From contig JBHGNT010000013.1 of the NCBI GenBank assembly GCA_043228905.1, positions 11,036,001-11,100,000 on the forward strand: a stretch of 64,000 nt of DNA, in the 5' to 3' direction. The position numbers and the translations under genes are program-made. The stretch comes from Azolla caroliniana. Its lineage: Eukaryota; Plantae; Polypodiophyta. The notes under the pieces are model-generated. The model saw only the letters and a list, made by a program, of their open reading frames with translations. It was not told the DNA's origin and did not search any database. How positions within the stretch are numbered: the first letter of the stretch is position 1; each line of letters starts with the position of its first letter. This document shows, one piece after another, positions 23,665-37,400 of this stretch.

Positions 23665-25040
23665 ATACATCGTCCCGAGTTAGGAGTAAATGTCACCTAA
23701 TCCTCTCTCATAAACTAGTTGAGGTAGTTGGATCATATGTATCCTTGGGAGTCACATTTAGTGCTCGCTCAGGTAAATTCTCAATGACCTAGGCAGCCAA
23801 AGATAGGCTAACGAGAGGGTTACTTTCGATGAATGGGTAAATATCCCATTTTTTGTTGTAAACCATTGTCTCATGGGCCAATTTTGGCCTTAGAAGGCGT
23901 TGATATATCTTTGTTTCTTCCTTTCTTCCTTAGAGAGACAATGCCACTAGGCATACTTTCAAGAGCCACGGACTAAGGGATGGCTCTTCAACTCACTAGT
24001 GACCCCTTCCTTCATGTATGCATAAATAGTATGGGCTCCAGGTCTACCATCTTTCATGCGGACGCAATTGACAGACCTTTGGTGACGATGTTATCACGTC
24101 AACTCCGAAGCAAATCGACAGTACCACATGACATTATTAGAGTAGAGTTCAGTATGCCCCCGGTGTTAGTAGAAGCACTTTTTCAAGTGGTAGTTTTTAT
24201 TCATCGGAATCATACATAGCCAACCACAAGATATGATATCCCGTCGAGCCTTTGAGGCATCCCAATCCCTACATGCATTTGGAGACACTAGCTCTTGGCA
24301 TAGCACTGTGGTGAGTTGGTTACTTGCAAACGACATAGACATTAATAACCTACATCCCCTTAAGTACAACCATGGGACTGATCAAACTCTAATCTCTCAT
24401 GAAGATCATAATAAAGTGATACTCCAAGAAATATGGCAAATTTACACTCGATATAAATGTATCACCCCACGAGAGCCACTCTTATCTAAAATGTTGTACT
24501 ATAAGGAACACTTATTGCAATTCTCTAAGTTAGGTTTTATTACACGACCAAGATATCTAGATAGATTCTTATCAAATGCACCAAGGGTGGCCATTAGACA
24601 ACTTAGGATGTCATCTCACCAACTTGAGATTGAGAATGGTCAGGCTAATAGAGTCCCTACAGAGGAAAGGCTATGTAGGTTATGCCACATAGAGATAGAG
24701 GATGAGTATCACTTCACGTGCACGTGCCCAACTTATGCCGAGATACAGGCGGAATACCAAGAGATATTAGGACCCTCTCCCACCCTCTCCAAACTATTAG
24801 ATACCCCGGATGTAAAGAGACTAGGTAGGTATATCTTAGAGCTAAAACAACATAGGGAGAATAAACTACAAAGTGTTAACCATAACCCTTTTACTATTCA
24901 TCAACGTGTAACTAGTGTAATTTTTCTGGAACAAGGGGAGACGTGAACATACCAAGAAGCTACTCTCCGGCCAATTCAAAAGGAAAGACATGAAGGAGCT
25001 ACATTACTTTCTAGGGATAGAAGTAATTCGGACTGTATAC

Positions 25041-25304
25041 TGTTAAGCACAGTGCTCGGCCACAACCGAGGAATAGGATCAACTCACAGAAAACAGGAAA
25101 TACAAAATTGTACGAAGACAATAGAGAGAAGAGTACACAGGATGTTTTACGTGGAAAGCCCTAAATGGGAAAAACCACGGGAGTCCTCAAACTCCAACTA
25201 TCACTATAAACAGAGATGTACAATGGTGAAGCTACAAGGCAACAACCTTGAGCTCACTGTCTTCGCCACAGGCGGCGGTAATACACAGAGGCAACGACCT
25301 CTTC

Positions 25305-25335
<31 letters not shown>

Positions 25336-25768
25336 CTGCTCACTTAGCTCCCTCTAAGTGGAAAAACTAGAAAAATGAGTAACAAACAAACAGTTTGCCC
25401 TAAGTCATATTTATACACATATGACTTTCGGGCTATTTACAAATATAGCCTCAAGGGCCCTTGGCAAACATATTCACAAATATGTCCCCACATCCGGATC
25501 TATCTCCGGGTACCTTCGTCATCCGGCTCCGTAGCTGGGGTCTTCATCATCCGGCTGCTCCGTAGCCGGGGTCTTCATCATCCGGCTCCGTAGCCGGGGT
25601 CATCATCATCCGGCTCCGTAGCCGGGGTCTTCATCATCCGGCTCCGTAGCCGGGGTCTTCATCATCCGGCTGCTCCGTAGCCGGGGTCTTCATCATCCGG
25701 CTCCGTAGCCGGGGTCTTCATCATCCGGACATCCGACCATCCCATCCGGAGGGACCGTAATCCCAACA
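25041..25768 (-). repeat. 3' LTR with 7 copies of a 28/31-bp repeat
   Basis: Unit CCGGCTCCGTAGCCGGGGTCTTCATCAT at about 25523-25724. Confidence 0.94.
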
Positions 25769-25778
25769 AACTCCCCCT

Positions 25779-28700
25779 TCACTTCGGCATGGGATGTCTC
25801 TCCAATCCGATCCTCTTCCGGCATGCTTCCAGCTTGTCGGGTGTGAGCACCTTGGTCAGCATATCCGACCCGTTCTCGTCCGTGTGGATCTTCGTCAACA
25901 TGAACTCCTTGTCTTCTATCCTTTCCCGGATCCAGTGATATCTTCGTTGGATGTGCTTCGTCCGGGAGTGATAGGCCGCGTTCTTCGCAAGGTGGATGGC
26001 ACTCTGACTGTCGCAGTAGAGTCGGTACTCCTCCTGCCGGATACCGAGCTCTCTAATGAAGTCCTTCATCCATATTATTTCCTTGCCGGCTTCAACAGCC
26101 GCCATGTACTCCGCCTCCGTGGTTGACAACGCAACCGTCTTCTGCAGCCTCGACTGCCACGAAACAGCTCCCCCTGCATACGTCATCACATACCCTGATG
26201 TGGACCGGCTGGTATCTGCATCAGCCGACATATCCGAATCGGTAAAGCCGTCGAGTTCGGGCTTACCGGAGCCGAATCGGAGGCACATGTTTGCCGTGCC
26301 CTTCAGGTATCGGAGTATCCACTTGGCCGCGTTCCAGTGCTCTTTGCCGGGATTGCTCATGTACCGGCTCACCACTCCGACTGCATATCCTATGTCCGGT
26401 CTTGTACACACCATTGCGTACATCAAGCTTCCGATGGCAGAGGCATATGGTACTTTCATCATGTCCTCCTTCTCAGCCTTTGTCTTGGGGCTTTGCTGGC
26501 TGGACAACTTGCAGTTTGCCGGGAGGGTTGACCCGACCGGTCTTGCTTCCGACATGTTGAACCGGTGAAGTACCTTTGTCACGTACTTCTCCTGTGACAG
26601 CCACAACTGCTTCTTCTTCCGGTCCCGGATGATGTGCATCCCTAGTATTTGCCTCGCCGGACCCAGGTCCTTCATTGAGAAGGTTCGGTGAAGCGCTTTC
26701 TTCAGCATCCGTATCTTGACCTGGTCCCGTCCAACGATCAACATGTCATCCACGTACAGGAGGAGTATTAGAAAGTCTCCTCCTTCGAACTTCCTCACAA
26801 ACACGCAGTGATCAGACTGCGTTTTCTGGTACCCTTCGTCGGTCATGAAGGAGTCGAATTTCCGGTACCACTGCCGGGGAGCCTGCTTCAGTCCGTAAAG
26901 GCTCTTCTTCAAACGACATACAAGGTGCTCCTTCCCTTTCTTCTCGAATCCTTCCGGTTGCTGCATGTAGATCTCTTCTTCGAGGTCACCGTGAAGAAAT
27001 GCCGTCTTCACGTCCATCTGTTCTACCTCGAGGTCCATGCTTGCCGCTATGCTCAGCACCGTCCGGATGGAGGTCATCTTCACTACCGGGGCAAATTTCT
27101 CATCGAAGTCGACGCCCTTCTTCTGCTGGAACCCCTTCACCACGATCCTGGCTTTGTATCTCGTGGGGTTTCCGGCATCTCCCGGTTTCAGCTTGAACAC
27201 CCACTTGTTTCGAAGTGCCCGCTTTCCTTTCGGCAACTCCACAAGTTCATATGTGTGGTTCTCATGCAGGGAATCCATCTCCTCCTGCATGGCACTTAAC
27301 CACCTGCGGCTATGGGTGTCAACCTTTGCTTCTTCAAAACTCTCCGGCTCCCCCTCGTCGGTTAGCAGCACGTGCTCTGGTTCCGGAAATCTCCGGGGGG
27401 CCCTTCTCTCTCTTAGAGGATATCTCCGTTTCGGAGCTTCGGTAACCGGCTCCTCCATTTCCTCTTCATCTGAATCCATTTCGGGATCAGGGCCGGTTCC
27501 GGTATCAGTTTCATCTTCCTCGGCCGGTTCTGTTTCTTCACCGTCTTCGGCCGGATCCTCGAGTGCTAACCGGTCCCTTGCCGGTCGGGACTGCTCTTCG
27601 TAGAGTTGATCCTCACCGGTCGACTTGGAGCTCTTCATCTTCTTCTCCGACTCCCAGTCGGCGAGTGTCTTGTCCTCCATGAAGATGATATCTCGACTCC
27701 TGAATATCTTCTTGTCGACCGGGTCCCATACTCGGTAGCCGAACTCGTCGTCGCCGTAACCGAGGAATATGCATGGCCGGGTCTTTGGATCTAACTTTCC
27801 TCTCCGGTCCTTTGCCACATGCACATATGCGAGACACCCGAACACCTTCAGATGCCGGTAGGATACTTCCTTACCGGTCCACACTCTCTGCGGCGTGTCT
27901 CCGTCCAAAGGTACTGAGGGTGATCTGTTTATCACGTATGTTGCCGTCGACATTGCCTCAGCCCAAAACCCCTTGGGTAATTTCGCATGCGCCAGCATAG
28001 TCCGGACCCTCTCCATTATGGTCTGGTTCATCCTCTCGGCCAGCCCGTTCAGTTCCGGCGTCTTCGGCACAGTAAACTCGAGCCGGATTCCCATCGAACG
28101 GCAATACTCCTCAAATTGCCCTCGGTATTCTCCTCCGTTATCCGCTCGTAGTGCTTTCAGCTTCTTGCCGGATTCTCTTTCCATTCTCGCGTGGAGTTCT
28201 TTGAAGACGGACAATACTTGGTCCTTTGTCTTCAACGGTGCCGTCCACAGCTTCCGGCTATGGTCATCTATGAATGTTACGAAGTACTGGGCTCCGCCAT
28301 GTGACTTCGTTTCTACCTGACACACATCAGTGTGTACCAACTCCAATGGTACACTACGTCTCATCGGTGGTCTTGAGCGGAAGGAGGTCCGGTTTTGCTT
28401 ACCGGCCAGGCAATCAGTGCACTTCCCCAAGTGTACGTGGTTTACCGGTATCAGGTTGACTTCGGCAAGCCTCTTCATCCCCTTCTCACTCATGTGGCAC
28501 AGTCTCTTGTGCCACAGCTCACCGGCAGTGTCAGCTGCCACGTTCAGCTCCTCCGGACATAGCCGGGAATTCATCAGGTACAGTGTGTTGACCTTCCGGG
28601 CCCGAGCCACTATCAGGCTCCCTTTGCTGAACTTCATGACACCGTTCCGGATGCTACCCGTGTAGCCTTCATCGTCTAGCCTCCCGGCCGAAATCAGGTT

Positions 28701-29852
28701 CAATCGGACCTCCGGAACGTGTCGGACATCTTTCAGCAGCATCTTGCATCCGGTTGATGTCATCAGCCACACGTCTCCTATGCCGGCAATCCGGCATGTA
28801 CCTTCATTTCCCATTCGGACACAGCCGTGCTCACCGGTTGTGTAGGATGAGAAGTATTTCTTCTCCGGGGTCAGGTGGAACGACGCTCTGGAATCGACCA
28901 CCCAGGTCATCTCTTCACCGGCAAGGTTCAGCTCCCTCTCTTCGGTAATGAGCATTATCTCTTCTTCACTTGCCGCGAGTGCCGTCGTTCCTTTCCGGTC
29001 CTGCCCTCGCCGATCCGGACCTCTCCGGTCCGTGGCTCCCCAGTATGCACCGTTTCGCTCCGGTGACTTCTTCGAATCGGTGTCGTCGGCTCCATTGTCT
29101 TTTCGGTAATGCCGACAATTCTTTCGGAAGTGCCCCGGCTTCCCACAATGGAAGCATGTGGGCCTTCCTCTTGACTGCGACCGGGTCCCCGACTTCTCCC
29201 GTCTTTGCGGACTTCGGTTCCGTTGTCTTCCCCGATCCGATTCGGTAAGCAGCATCTTCGGATCGGAGGTTGGTTCTTTATCTCTCCGACGCGCTTCTTC
29301 GTTCAAAATGCTTGTCTTTACCGTTTGTAGGGACAAGTTATCTTCGGTGCAGGAGGTGCTGAGAGTCACCACCAAGTTCTCCCAGCTTTCCGGCAATGTA
29401 CACATCAGGATGATGGCTTGCATTGCATCCTCCAACGGGAACTTGATCACCGCAAGCTGGTTCACAAATCCCATGAACGTGCTTACGTGTTCCACCATAC
29501 TCTCGCCGTCCCGGTACTTGAGGTTCACTATCTTCCTCATCAGGGAGGTCCGGTTCAACGTATTCTTCCTCTCGTAGAGGCCCGACAGCTTTCGCCACAT
29601 CTCATATGCGTTGGTGTCGTTCGCCACATGTTGTAGAACGCTCACATCGACATATTGCCGGATCGTCGCTACGGCTTTCCGGTTCAGGAGCTTCCACTCC
29701 GACTCTATTACCCCCTTGGGTATCTCGGCATTGTCGATCGGTTCGTATAGGTCTCAGACGATGAGAAGGTCTTCCATCTTTATCTTCCAGTCGGCGTAGT
29801 TCTGTGAGTTCAACACCATCATGCCCGGAGGCCCACTACCGCCGCCTTCCAT
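25779..29852 (-). CDS. gag-pol: Copia Gag-Pol polyprotein with one premature TGA at codon 33 (29756-29754); the remainder is open
   Basis: ATG at 29852 gives MEGGGSGPPGMMVLNSQNYADWKIKMEDLLIV*DLYEPI. Downstream motifs: CFHCGKPGHFRKNC, WVVDSRAS, LVHTDVC, YKARIVVKGF, QMDVKTAFL, LYVDDML, FTDSDM. Confidence 0.93.
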
Positions 29853-29883
29853 TTTCTGTGTTATCGTCGCTCTGATACCACTT

Positions 29884-30147
29884 TGTTAAGCACATTGCTC
29901 GGCCACAACCGAGGAATAGGATCAACTCACAGAAAACAGGAAATACAAAATTGTACGAAGACAATAGAGAGAAGAGTACACAGGATGTTTTACGTGGAAA
30001 GCCCTAAATGGGAAAAACCACGGGAGTCCTCAAACTCCAACTATCACTATAAACAGAGATGTACAATGGTGAAGCTACAAGGCAACAACCTTGAGCTCAC
30101 TGTCTTCGCCACAGGCGGCGGTAATACACAGAGGCAACGACCTCTTC

Positions 30148-30182
<35 letters not shown>

Positions 30183-30671
30183 CTGCTCACTTAGCTCCCT
30201 CTAAGTGGAAAAACTAGAAAAATGAGTAACAAACAAACAGTTTGCCCTAAGTCATATTTATACACATATGACTTTCGGGCTATTTACAAATATAGCCTCA
30301 AGGGCCCTTGGCAAACATATTCACAAATATGTCCCCACATCCGGATCTATCTCCGGGTACCTTCGTCATCCGGCTCCGTAGCTGGGGTCTTCATCATCCG
30401 GCTGCTCCGTAGCCGGGGTCTTCATCATCCGGCTCCGTAGCCGGGGTCTTCATCATCCGGCTCCGTAGCCGGGGTCATCATCATCCGGCTCCGTAGCCGG
30501 GGTCTTCATCATCCGGCTCCGTAGCCAGGGTCTTCATCATCCGGCTGCTCCGTAGCCGGGGTCTTCATCATCCGGCTCCGTAGCCGGGGTCATCATCATC
30601 CGGCTCCGTAGCCGGGGTCTTCATCATCCGGACATCCGACCATCCCATCCGGAGGGACCGTAATCCCAACA
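29884..30671 (-). repeat. 5' LTR with 9 copies of the 28/31-bp repeat
   Basis: Same unit at about 30370-30627; 60 bp longer than the 3' LTR. Confidence 0.94.
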
Positions 30672-31961
30672 TATACAACATCATGATCTCCCAAGGACAC
30701 TATATTCTAAATCTGCTCTTCAAGTTTGGGATGATAGAGTGTAAGCTCGTCACTACCCCTCTCAATCAAAATCTAAAGCTATATGTTGATTCCAACACAG
30801 AAGAGTGTGAGCTGACCTTCTATTGACCGCTAGTCGGAAGCCTAATCTACCTCACTATTATGCAACCCGACCTTAGCTACACCGTCGGCATCCTTAGCCA
30901 GTTTATGTAGACACCACATAACACTCACCTATTGTAAGCAAGTGTTACGCTATGTCAATGAGATGATGGACTTCGGCATCCTCTACAAATCGGTCACACC
31001 GACTCGACTCAAAGTGTACATCGATGCCGATTGGGCCAGCTACAAAGCCGACAGACGATCAACATCGGGATTCGTCTTCTCCCTCGGCAGCGGTGCCATA
31101 TCGTGAAGCAGTAAGAAGCAGCCGACAATTGCATTGTGGAGCACAAAGGCCGAATACATGGGCGCAGCGATTGCTACATGTGAAGTTGTTTGGCTAAAAT
31201 GAATCTTGCAAGATCTCGGCGTTCCCACCAAGGATCCAATTCTCCTCTACTACGACAACATGAGCAACATCCACTTGGCCCGCAACCCAATATTCCACGC
31301 TCGAACTAAGCACATTGAGGTGCATTACCATTTTATTAGAGAGCGTGTCCAGGCCGGAGATATCGACCTGCAACACATGAGCACGAACCTGCAAACCGAC
31401 CACATCTTCACAAAGGCCCTGGGCGTCAACAAGCTACGACAATTCACAACGAACCTAGGTCTCTCGACTGTCGACCGGCCGAGCGTGAGGGAGTAAGGAA
31501 CCGTCTGACATGACGTCGATCGGAGTAGAATGATCACGGGAGTGAGCGGGCCATCCGTATCTAACTCAAAGCCGACCCGAAGACCAGTTTGAATCAACTA
31601 TTCGGCGACCGGAAATTGTGTTTGAAAGGGCGTGTTGAGAATCAAACTCAACTTCCCTAGTGTGGGAACACACCTTAGTATACTCAAGTGTGTGAACACC
31701 CCACCTCCTAGTATAGTAACTAGTGTGTTATAGAACTTTAAGGTTTTATGACACATATTTAGTAGATAGTTAAGTCTCCACCTTTTTTGTAAGTGGTGGT
31801 TGTAGTGGGAGAACATAGAGAGAAGGTGACTACATAATAACCTTCTCCTCTTTGTAATAGTTGGTTGTCTTATTTTCTCTTTTGAATATAGTTTTCTGGT
31901 TTTCTGTATAACTCTGTGTTCTCTCTCTCTCTCTTACATACACACCTTCCCCTGCACAAAA

Positions 31962-32045
31962 TCACTCTCAATTCTTTACAATTGTACATATATAATCTTC
32001 AATTCACTCTCAATTCTTTACAGTTGTACATATATAATCTTCAAT
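31962..32045. repeat. 42-bp tandem duplication at the LTR/flank junction
   Basis: TCACTCTCAATTCTTTACA(A/G)TTGTACATATATAATCTTCAAT occurs twice. Confidence 0.8.
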
Positions 32046-33039
32046 TGTTCCTTTCATCTCATGCTTTAGAGAAAAGACTATAGGATTCCACTTTGGTTCC
32101 CTTGTGAAGTTGGTTAAAATTTCTTCCTTTACATGAAGGAAGTTATTCCAAGCATATGGAAGTGGTAGAATAAAATTCTTGCTTGGTCTTCTAGGGTGAG
32201 ACTAAAAACGACGACTTTTGTCCCACGTGAGAGTGGCTCGTAGGTTTATGCAATTGTTCGAATCATTCTAGATGGTCGTAAGCATCACCCAACTATATAT
32301 CTTGAGGTACGAGCTTACTTATCGGATGAATTGTGGCTATCATTCACATGACCATGAGAGGGAGTGGGCCCCCACTCTTGGTCCACTAAGGATAAATAGA
32401 GCAATAGCTATTTCTAAAATTAGGTGTGTCAATAATTGGGGCTATCATCTCAATGTTGTGGGTATTCTATAATTGGGTTATTGTTGGAGTCCTAGTGGTT
32501 TGGCATCCAATTGTTGGTTCCTCATGGCAAGTAAAAGTGCTAGGAAATTTAGGCACAAATGTTGTGTATGAATGTGGTGGTATATATGCGGCACTCATGA
32601 GCCGTCAAAATTCAACATATCTATTCATACTCAATAAGCTATTGTTGCAGTCGTGCATTTACCAAGGATGGATTTTGATTTCCACTAGCATTTCTTCAAG
32701 TCATTTGCCATTGGCTAGATAATTCAACCAAAGATCAATGTCTTTATTCAAAGCTTTGAGTTCAAGGATTCCATCTTCTTTAGTGCATATGAAGTTGTCC
32801 AAGGTCAACTATGGCAAACCTTTCCAAAGGGCAAGAGAGGTGGATGTCGTAGTTGATTCTGTCTCAAGATTCTCATTTAGATTGACCTTTTTAAGCCACC
32901 ATCCAAGTTCATGAGTACTCGTTTTATGATTGGGTAGTAGGTTCGTTGCACTTTGTATACCTTTTGAAGGTTTTTGTGGACCCAAAAAAACAACCAAGTA
33001 TCCAATACAATGAGACATGTTTGACTTGTGTATATACTG

Positions 33040-33540
33040 TAGTTGACACTATGTTGCGAGTGGGTTTCGTTTTTGTACTCAATTTTTTTACACACAACAT
33101 GATAGTTCACCACAATGGCACACCAAGATGAGAGTGTCTAAATGATGATTCTGAAATCTCAACATGATGGTTGAAGGGAACTCTACATGATAATTTTTAG
33201 TTGAGGTTTTTTTACCCTCAATCCTACTGTTTTCAACAAGCTCTACATGACGGTTGTCTGTCAACTCTACATGATGGTTTTCTATGAGGTTGATGCACAC
33301 ACCAACAAACAAAGGACAAAAACAAATCCAACAAACATAACATCAAGCTAATTAAGACATTAACAATGGTTTCGATGAGTTCTACACATTCCTTGTATAA
33401 TTTGCTACATGATATGATTGGTAATGACATATACATGATGGTTTGCAATTAGTTTTGCACCTCTAAATGATGGTTTGCATTGTCATCTACACAACAGTTA
33501 ACAAGTGGGTTTTTTAGACTACACAATGGTTTGTAGTGTA
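33040..33540. repeat. Degenerate array of (CTCT)ACATGATGGTT motifs, possibly DNA-transposon subterminal repeats
   Basis: Motif variants at about 33097, 33162, 33181, 33242, 33265, 33433 and 33467. No TIR identified. Confidence 0.4.
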
Positions 33541-34490
33541 TGTTAATATGACACTTTCACTTGACCTTTGCAACAACCTATTTAAATTCATCATTAAATA
33601 AAGTTTCATTTATTTATTAATTTGCCTAGTTATCACAACTTGAATAATTAACAATTAATAAATATACTCCACTTATAACAAAATTAATTTAGCTATATGC
33701 CACAAATGGGCAATCCATTCATTCACCAAGCTCATTGGGTTTGATGTCCATTGACATATACATGTGAGCTTGTTGATTTTTTACCAGTAAAATGACGTCC
33801 TATTACCATGCTATATTATCATTCACAAGGTGTGCTGAAACACAGAAAACATAATGAGAAGCAAGCTTGGATAAAATTCTCCCATAGCTTCAATTACCAC
33901 TGAAGTTTCAGAATTCAACAGAAACCTGGAATAATGGCCCTGCCTCTTAAAAAGACATGTTTAAGATTCCTCTTAAAACATTAACATCCCAAAATGGCGT
34001 GATGTCTTAAGAAGAATAATCACTTGGTACAGGACAAATTACTGGATAAGATCGACAAAGAGGAGATTAATTTAATCCAGAATGTTGTAGTTATTCTTAG
34101 TAAGACAAAAGAAGATTTTATGGCATAAGGTTCGAATATTTGCCTTAGCTCAGACTTGTGCAGTTTGTTTTCATCAAAAAAGTGATGACTCCAATGCCCA
34201 CTCATTTTTCATTTGTCTCGATCTAAATGTACATTATTGCTTTTGATAAAACACCTTTCTTTCTCTCTATATAACACAGTAGGCTTTTCATGTATCCTTT
34301 TGACTATCAATATTCGACATAGATTGGACATTGGTATGTGGGTCCTTTACCCTCAAAGACTTGTCGAACCCAATCCTAATCAACATAGCAAGCTCCATCG
34401 AGAAATGTTTCTCAGACACTTCAAAATATAGGCTATCATCACTCCTGGGTATCACAAAGTGGTCTTCAACAGGATATAAATGTACTAATG

Positions 34491-37400
34491 TTAGCATTCC
34501 TGAGGTCTGCGTACAATTAGAAGCGGTGTCTGCTCATCAGCATTTCCTGGAACCAAAGACAGATGTTACTACCATTCACAATGTGAGTTAATCTATGCTA
34601 AGCTACAACTAACCTGCAGGATTGGTTAGAAGTGTCTTTTCCAAGTAAATCTGATCCACTTTGTCAGATGCCTGGCAAAAGAGAACTTCAGTCAGACCCA
34701 AACTTACTACAAACCATTCCAGTTGAGTCTGGAACCATAGACTTCAGTAGTAGGAACTCACAGCTAAAATGTGAACTCTCTTTAAGTTGTTTGCATCCAC
34801 AATAGCAACTCCGAAACCTGTCATTTCTTGAAGGTAGTCTACAGTACTTTGTGTCTCAATCTGTTTACAACAATTAGGCAGTTCAAAAACAGCACATGTA
34901 AAATCAGTATTTGGATTATTCCAGGAAAAAATCACATGGGTAGAATGTAACAAAACTATTACCGGCCCTAGTGTGATGAATTGGTCATAAGGTGGAAGAG
35001 TTCCACTCACATCATCTATAAGCCGAGCCTTCGTGAAATCGCTCAAACCATTAGCATAAATAATATTTCCTACACTGAACCAGGAAAAGACGAGCGAAAA
35101 CTCTTACCTGCTGACCTGCCAATTGATAGAACACACCCCGTACCTGAAAAAGTCTGCATGATCACCAGATCCACTACACCTATTTAATGGTTGGACATTC
35201 CAAATCAAACAGATAAAAAGAATACAGTAATAAACCAATAAAAACCATACCAATATCAGATGCTCTCATAATCTAACAGTATGTTTTCCCATTTGCATAT
35301 AGACACTCATATATGTCCACTGATATAGATGTAGCTATAAAGTTTCCAACCTTGCAACATGTGGGGTTCTTACTTATGCAACTCTCAACTAACGATGGTC
35401 ATCCTTTGATGTATCTTAATCAAAATCATCATTTTTTTTAGTGTAGTTATAAAGCTTCTAATCTTGCAACATGTGGGGTTCTTACTTGGTAATGCAACTT
35501 TCAACTAACGATGGTCATCCTTTGATGTATCTTAATCAAAACCTAAGGTCATCCTTTGATGTATCTAAATCAAAACCTAAGGTCATCCTTTTTTATGAGT
35601 TCCCAATTAACAACAGGCATTCTAGCACTGCACGACTTTCTGAACTCTGAACTACCAAAGCCAGTCCTAGCATTGCTGATCAGTGTTAGAATGGGACTGA
35701 CGTCTGAAAGAAAGTAGCTATAAAATTTTAAGTGAGAGATTATGGACCACATTCTACCCCCTTTGACATAACTGATTATTATTTCCAATTTATGTGATTC
35801 AAGGAATCAAATATTTTCTTAAATCTACAACATATTTTGACCAAAAACTTCTATTTATTTATCACCATTTACGTGCATACAAAAAGTTTCATCCACATTT
35901 AACATGAAGTTTCACTCCAGATTTTCTTTTCTTGCCTCAAATTAGGATTCCACACAAACCTATTCTATCAGGTATATAGGTGAAAAATATGCTACAAAAG
36001 ATTACAACTGTAAAAAGGACTGGAATTTGCATTTAACCAACATAATATTGCAAACAGAAATAATACAACTTATGAAAGACTCACCTGCCAAGTATGGCAA
36101 AAAAGATAGCAAATAAAACTCTCAACTTTCCAACAATATCAATTAGTGCCTGCAGATTATATTTTTTTTAAATAAAAGAAAAGAAGGATATATTAACATC
36201 TAAAAAAGATCAAAATGATATACAAGGCCAAAAGAAAATGCTTATGACATATGACATAGATTACAACTGTTATGTTAGCTCATCAATGCAAGAACTAAAA
36301 GAAAAATGTCTTTCTTCTCTAGCTTCCGAAAACTAAATAGCTTGAAATTAATAAAGAATAACCAACAAGGTTTGATGCTCGACAGTTGGAACTAAATTTG
36401 CTGACATTTACCGACATTAAGGAGTTAACATTATGGGCCATAAGGTTAAAAAAAAAAGTGAGAATTTATAAGTCAAGATAGATCCAATCAGCTATCCTTC
36501 GAAGTAGCAACATTTTTTCTGGACATCAGACAGTTGCACCGCAAATTATATAACGTAACTTGACGACACAGGCAAGTTCAATCATTGCACAGTACACAGC
36601 TATGCTAATGAAATGGCTGCATGCATAAACGGTTGCACTGAAATCAAAAAAAGTAGCCACGGAGAGGAAACCAAACTCCAAAAAATAAAAATGTGGAGCC
36701 AAAAATACACAAAAAGACGTGTCCAACAAATCAACATCCCGGATAAGAGAAAAGGACTGAAATAACAGAAACGAAAAGCAGACAATGATAGCAGTACACA
36801 AAAGATGTCAGGGCCAAAGTAGTAGAACAAGAAGCCATCACTCTCATGATTGACATCGTAGAGGAAGATAATAAATTAAAAGAAACAGCGAGCAAATGCA
36901 AAGGCTGAGTTGTAGAGGGAAGAAAAACTCTCTGGTTCAATCTACTACTCTGCATTACCCACTAAAGAAAAGAAAGAAAGAAAGACATATTAACATCTTT
37001 TAAGAGGCCAAAATGGCCTATAAGACCAAACAAAGAGGCAACAGGAAGGAATTCCGCCACTACAAGAGTAAACACAGATTGTTAAAATCCTTTGTGGCGC
37101 ATCGAAGATGTCATTAAAGATAAGAGGAAGGTGAAACATGTCACAGCAGAGACCACAGAGTTTAACAAAATCTTTGGCAATGGAACTCCAATGAATTTGA
37201 TCTTTTGGATAGTGGATAAGAAAAATTCTGAAAGACAAAAATATATATTTACATTTTCTCGGAGTACAAAATTATCTACGCAACCGAAAAAAAAACATAA
37301 ACTATTGTCTCATCTTTGATGGCAACAAATAAAAATAAATATCACTAAACTAGTAAAAATGCCTATCGTACCAGATATTCTCATTTCATGCTTACTGCCT

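Larger units (their letters stand above)
10962..24946 (+). mobile_element. Decayed RTE-type LINE (10962-12130 and 23670-~24946), split by the Copia insertion
   Basis: Non-LTR RT motifs (PIHKGGDPMDPNTYRTIMIG, AGFRQAFSTIDHIFTL, LLLYADDIVL, VNLAKTKVLIF) and a C-terminal RMSSHQLEIENG...CRLC...EDEYHFTCTC. Many stops and frameshifts. The sequence resumes after the ATACA TSD. Confidence 0.88.
25041..30671 (-). mobile_element. Near-intact Tnt1/Tork-like Ty1/Copia element
   Basis: LTRs at 25041-25768 and 29884-30671. TSD TATAC. PBS TGGTATCAGAGC at 29880-29869. PPT GAAGGGGGAG at 25780-25771. Confidence 0.96.
24985..31980 (+). mobile_element. Old Copia relic (RT/RNase H and 3' LTR at 31633-~31980), split by a younger Copia
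   Basis: DMKELHYFLGIEVIRT before 25041 continues as IMISQGHYILNLLFKFGM after 30676. ARNPIFHARTKHIEVHYHF follows, and the LTR starts TGTTGAGAATCAAACTCAAC. Confidence 0.82.

Noticed and set aside
25523-25724. CRISPR-like 28-bp palindromic repeats
   Set aside because: They are head-to-tail with no spacers and form part of the LTR U3.
25794-29636. Many + strand ORFs over the Copia element
   Set aside because: They are antisense shadows of a GC-rich pol ORF with no recognisable motifs.
35337-35595. Intronic tandem duplications
   Set aside because: Ordinary local slippage or duplication with no further structure.
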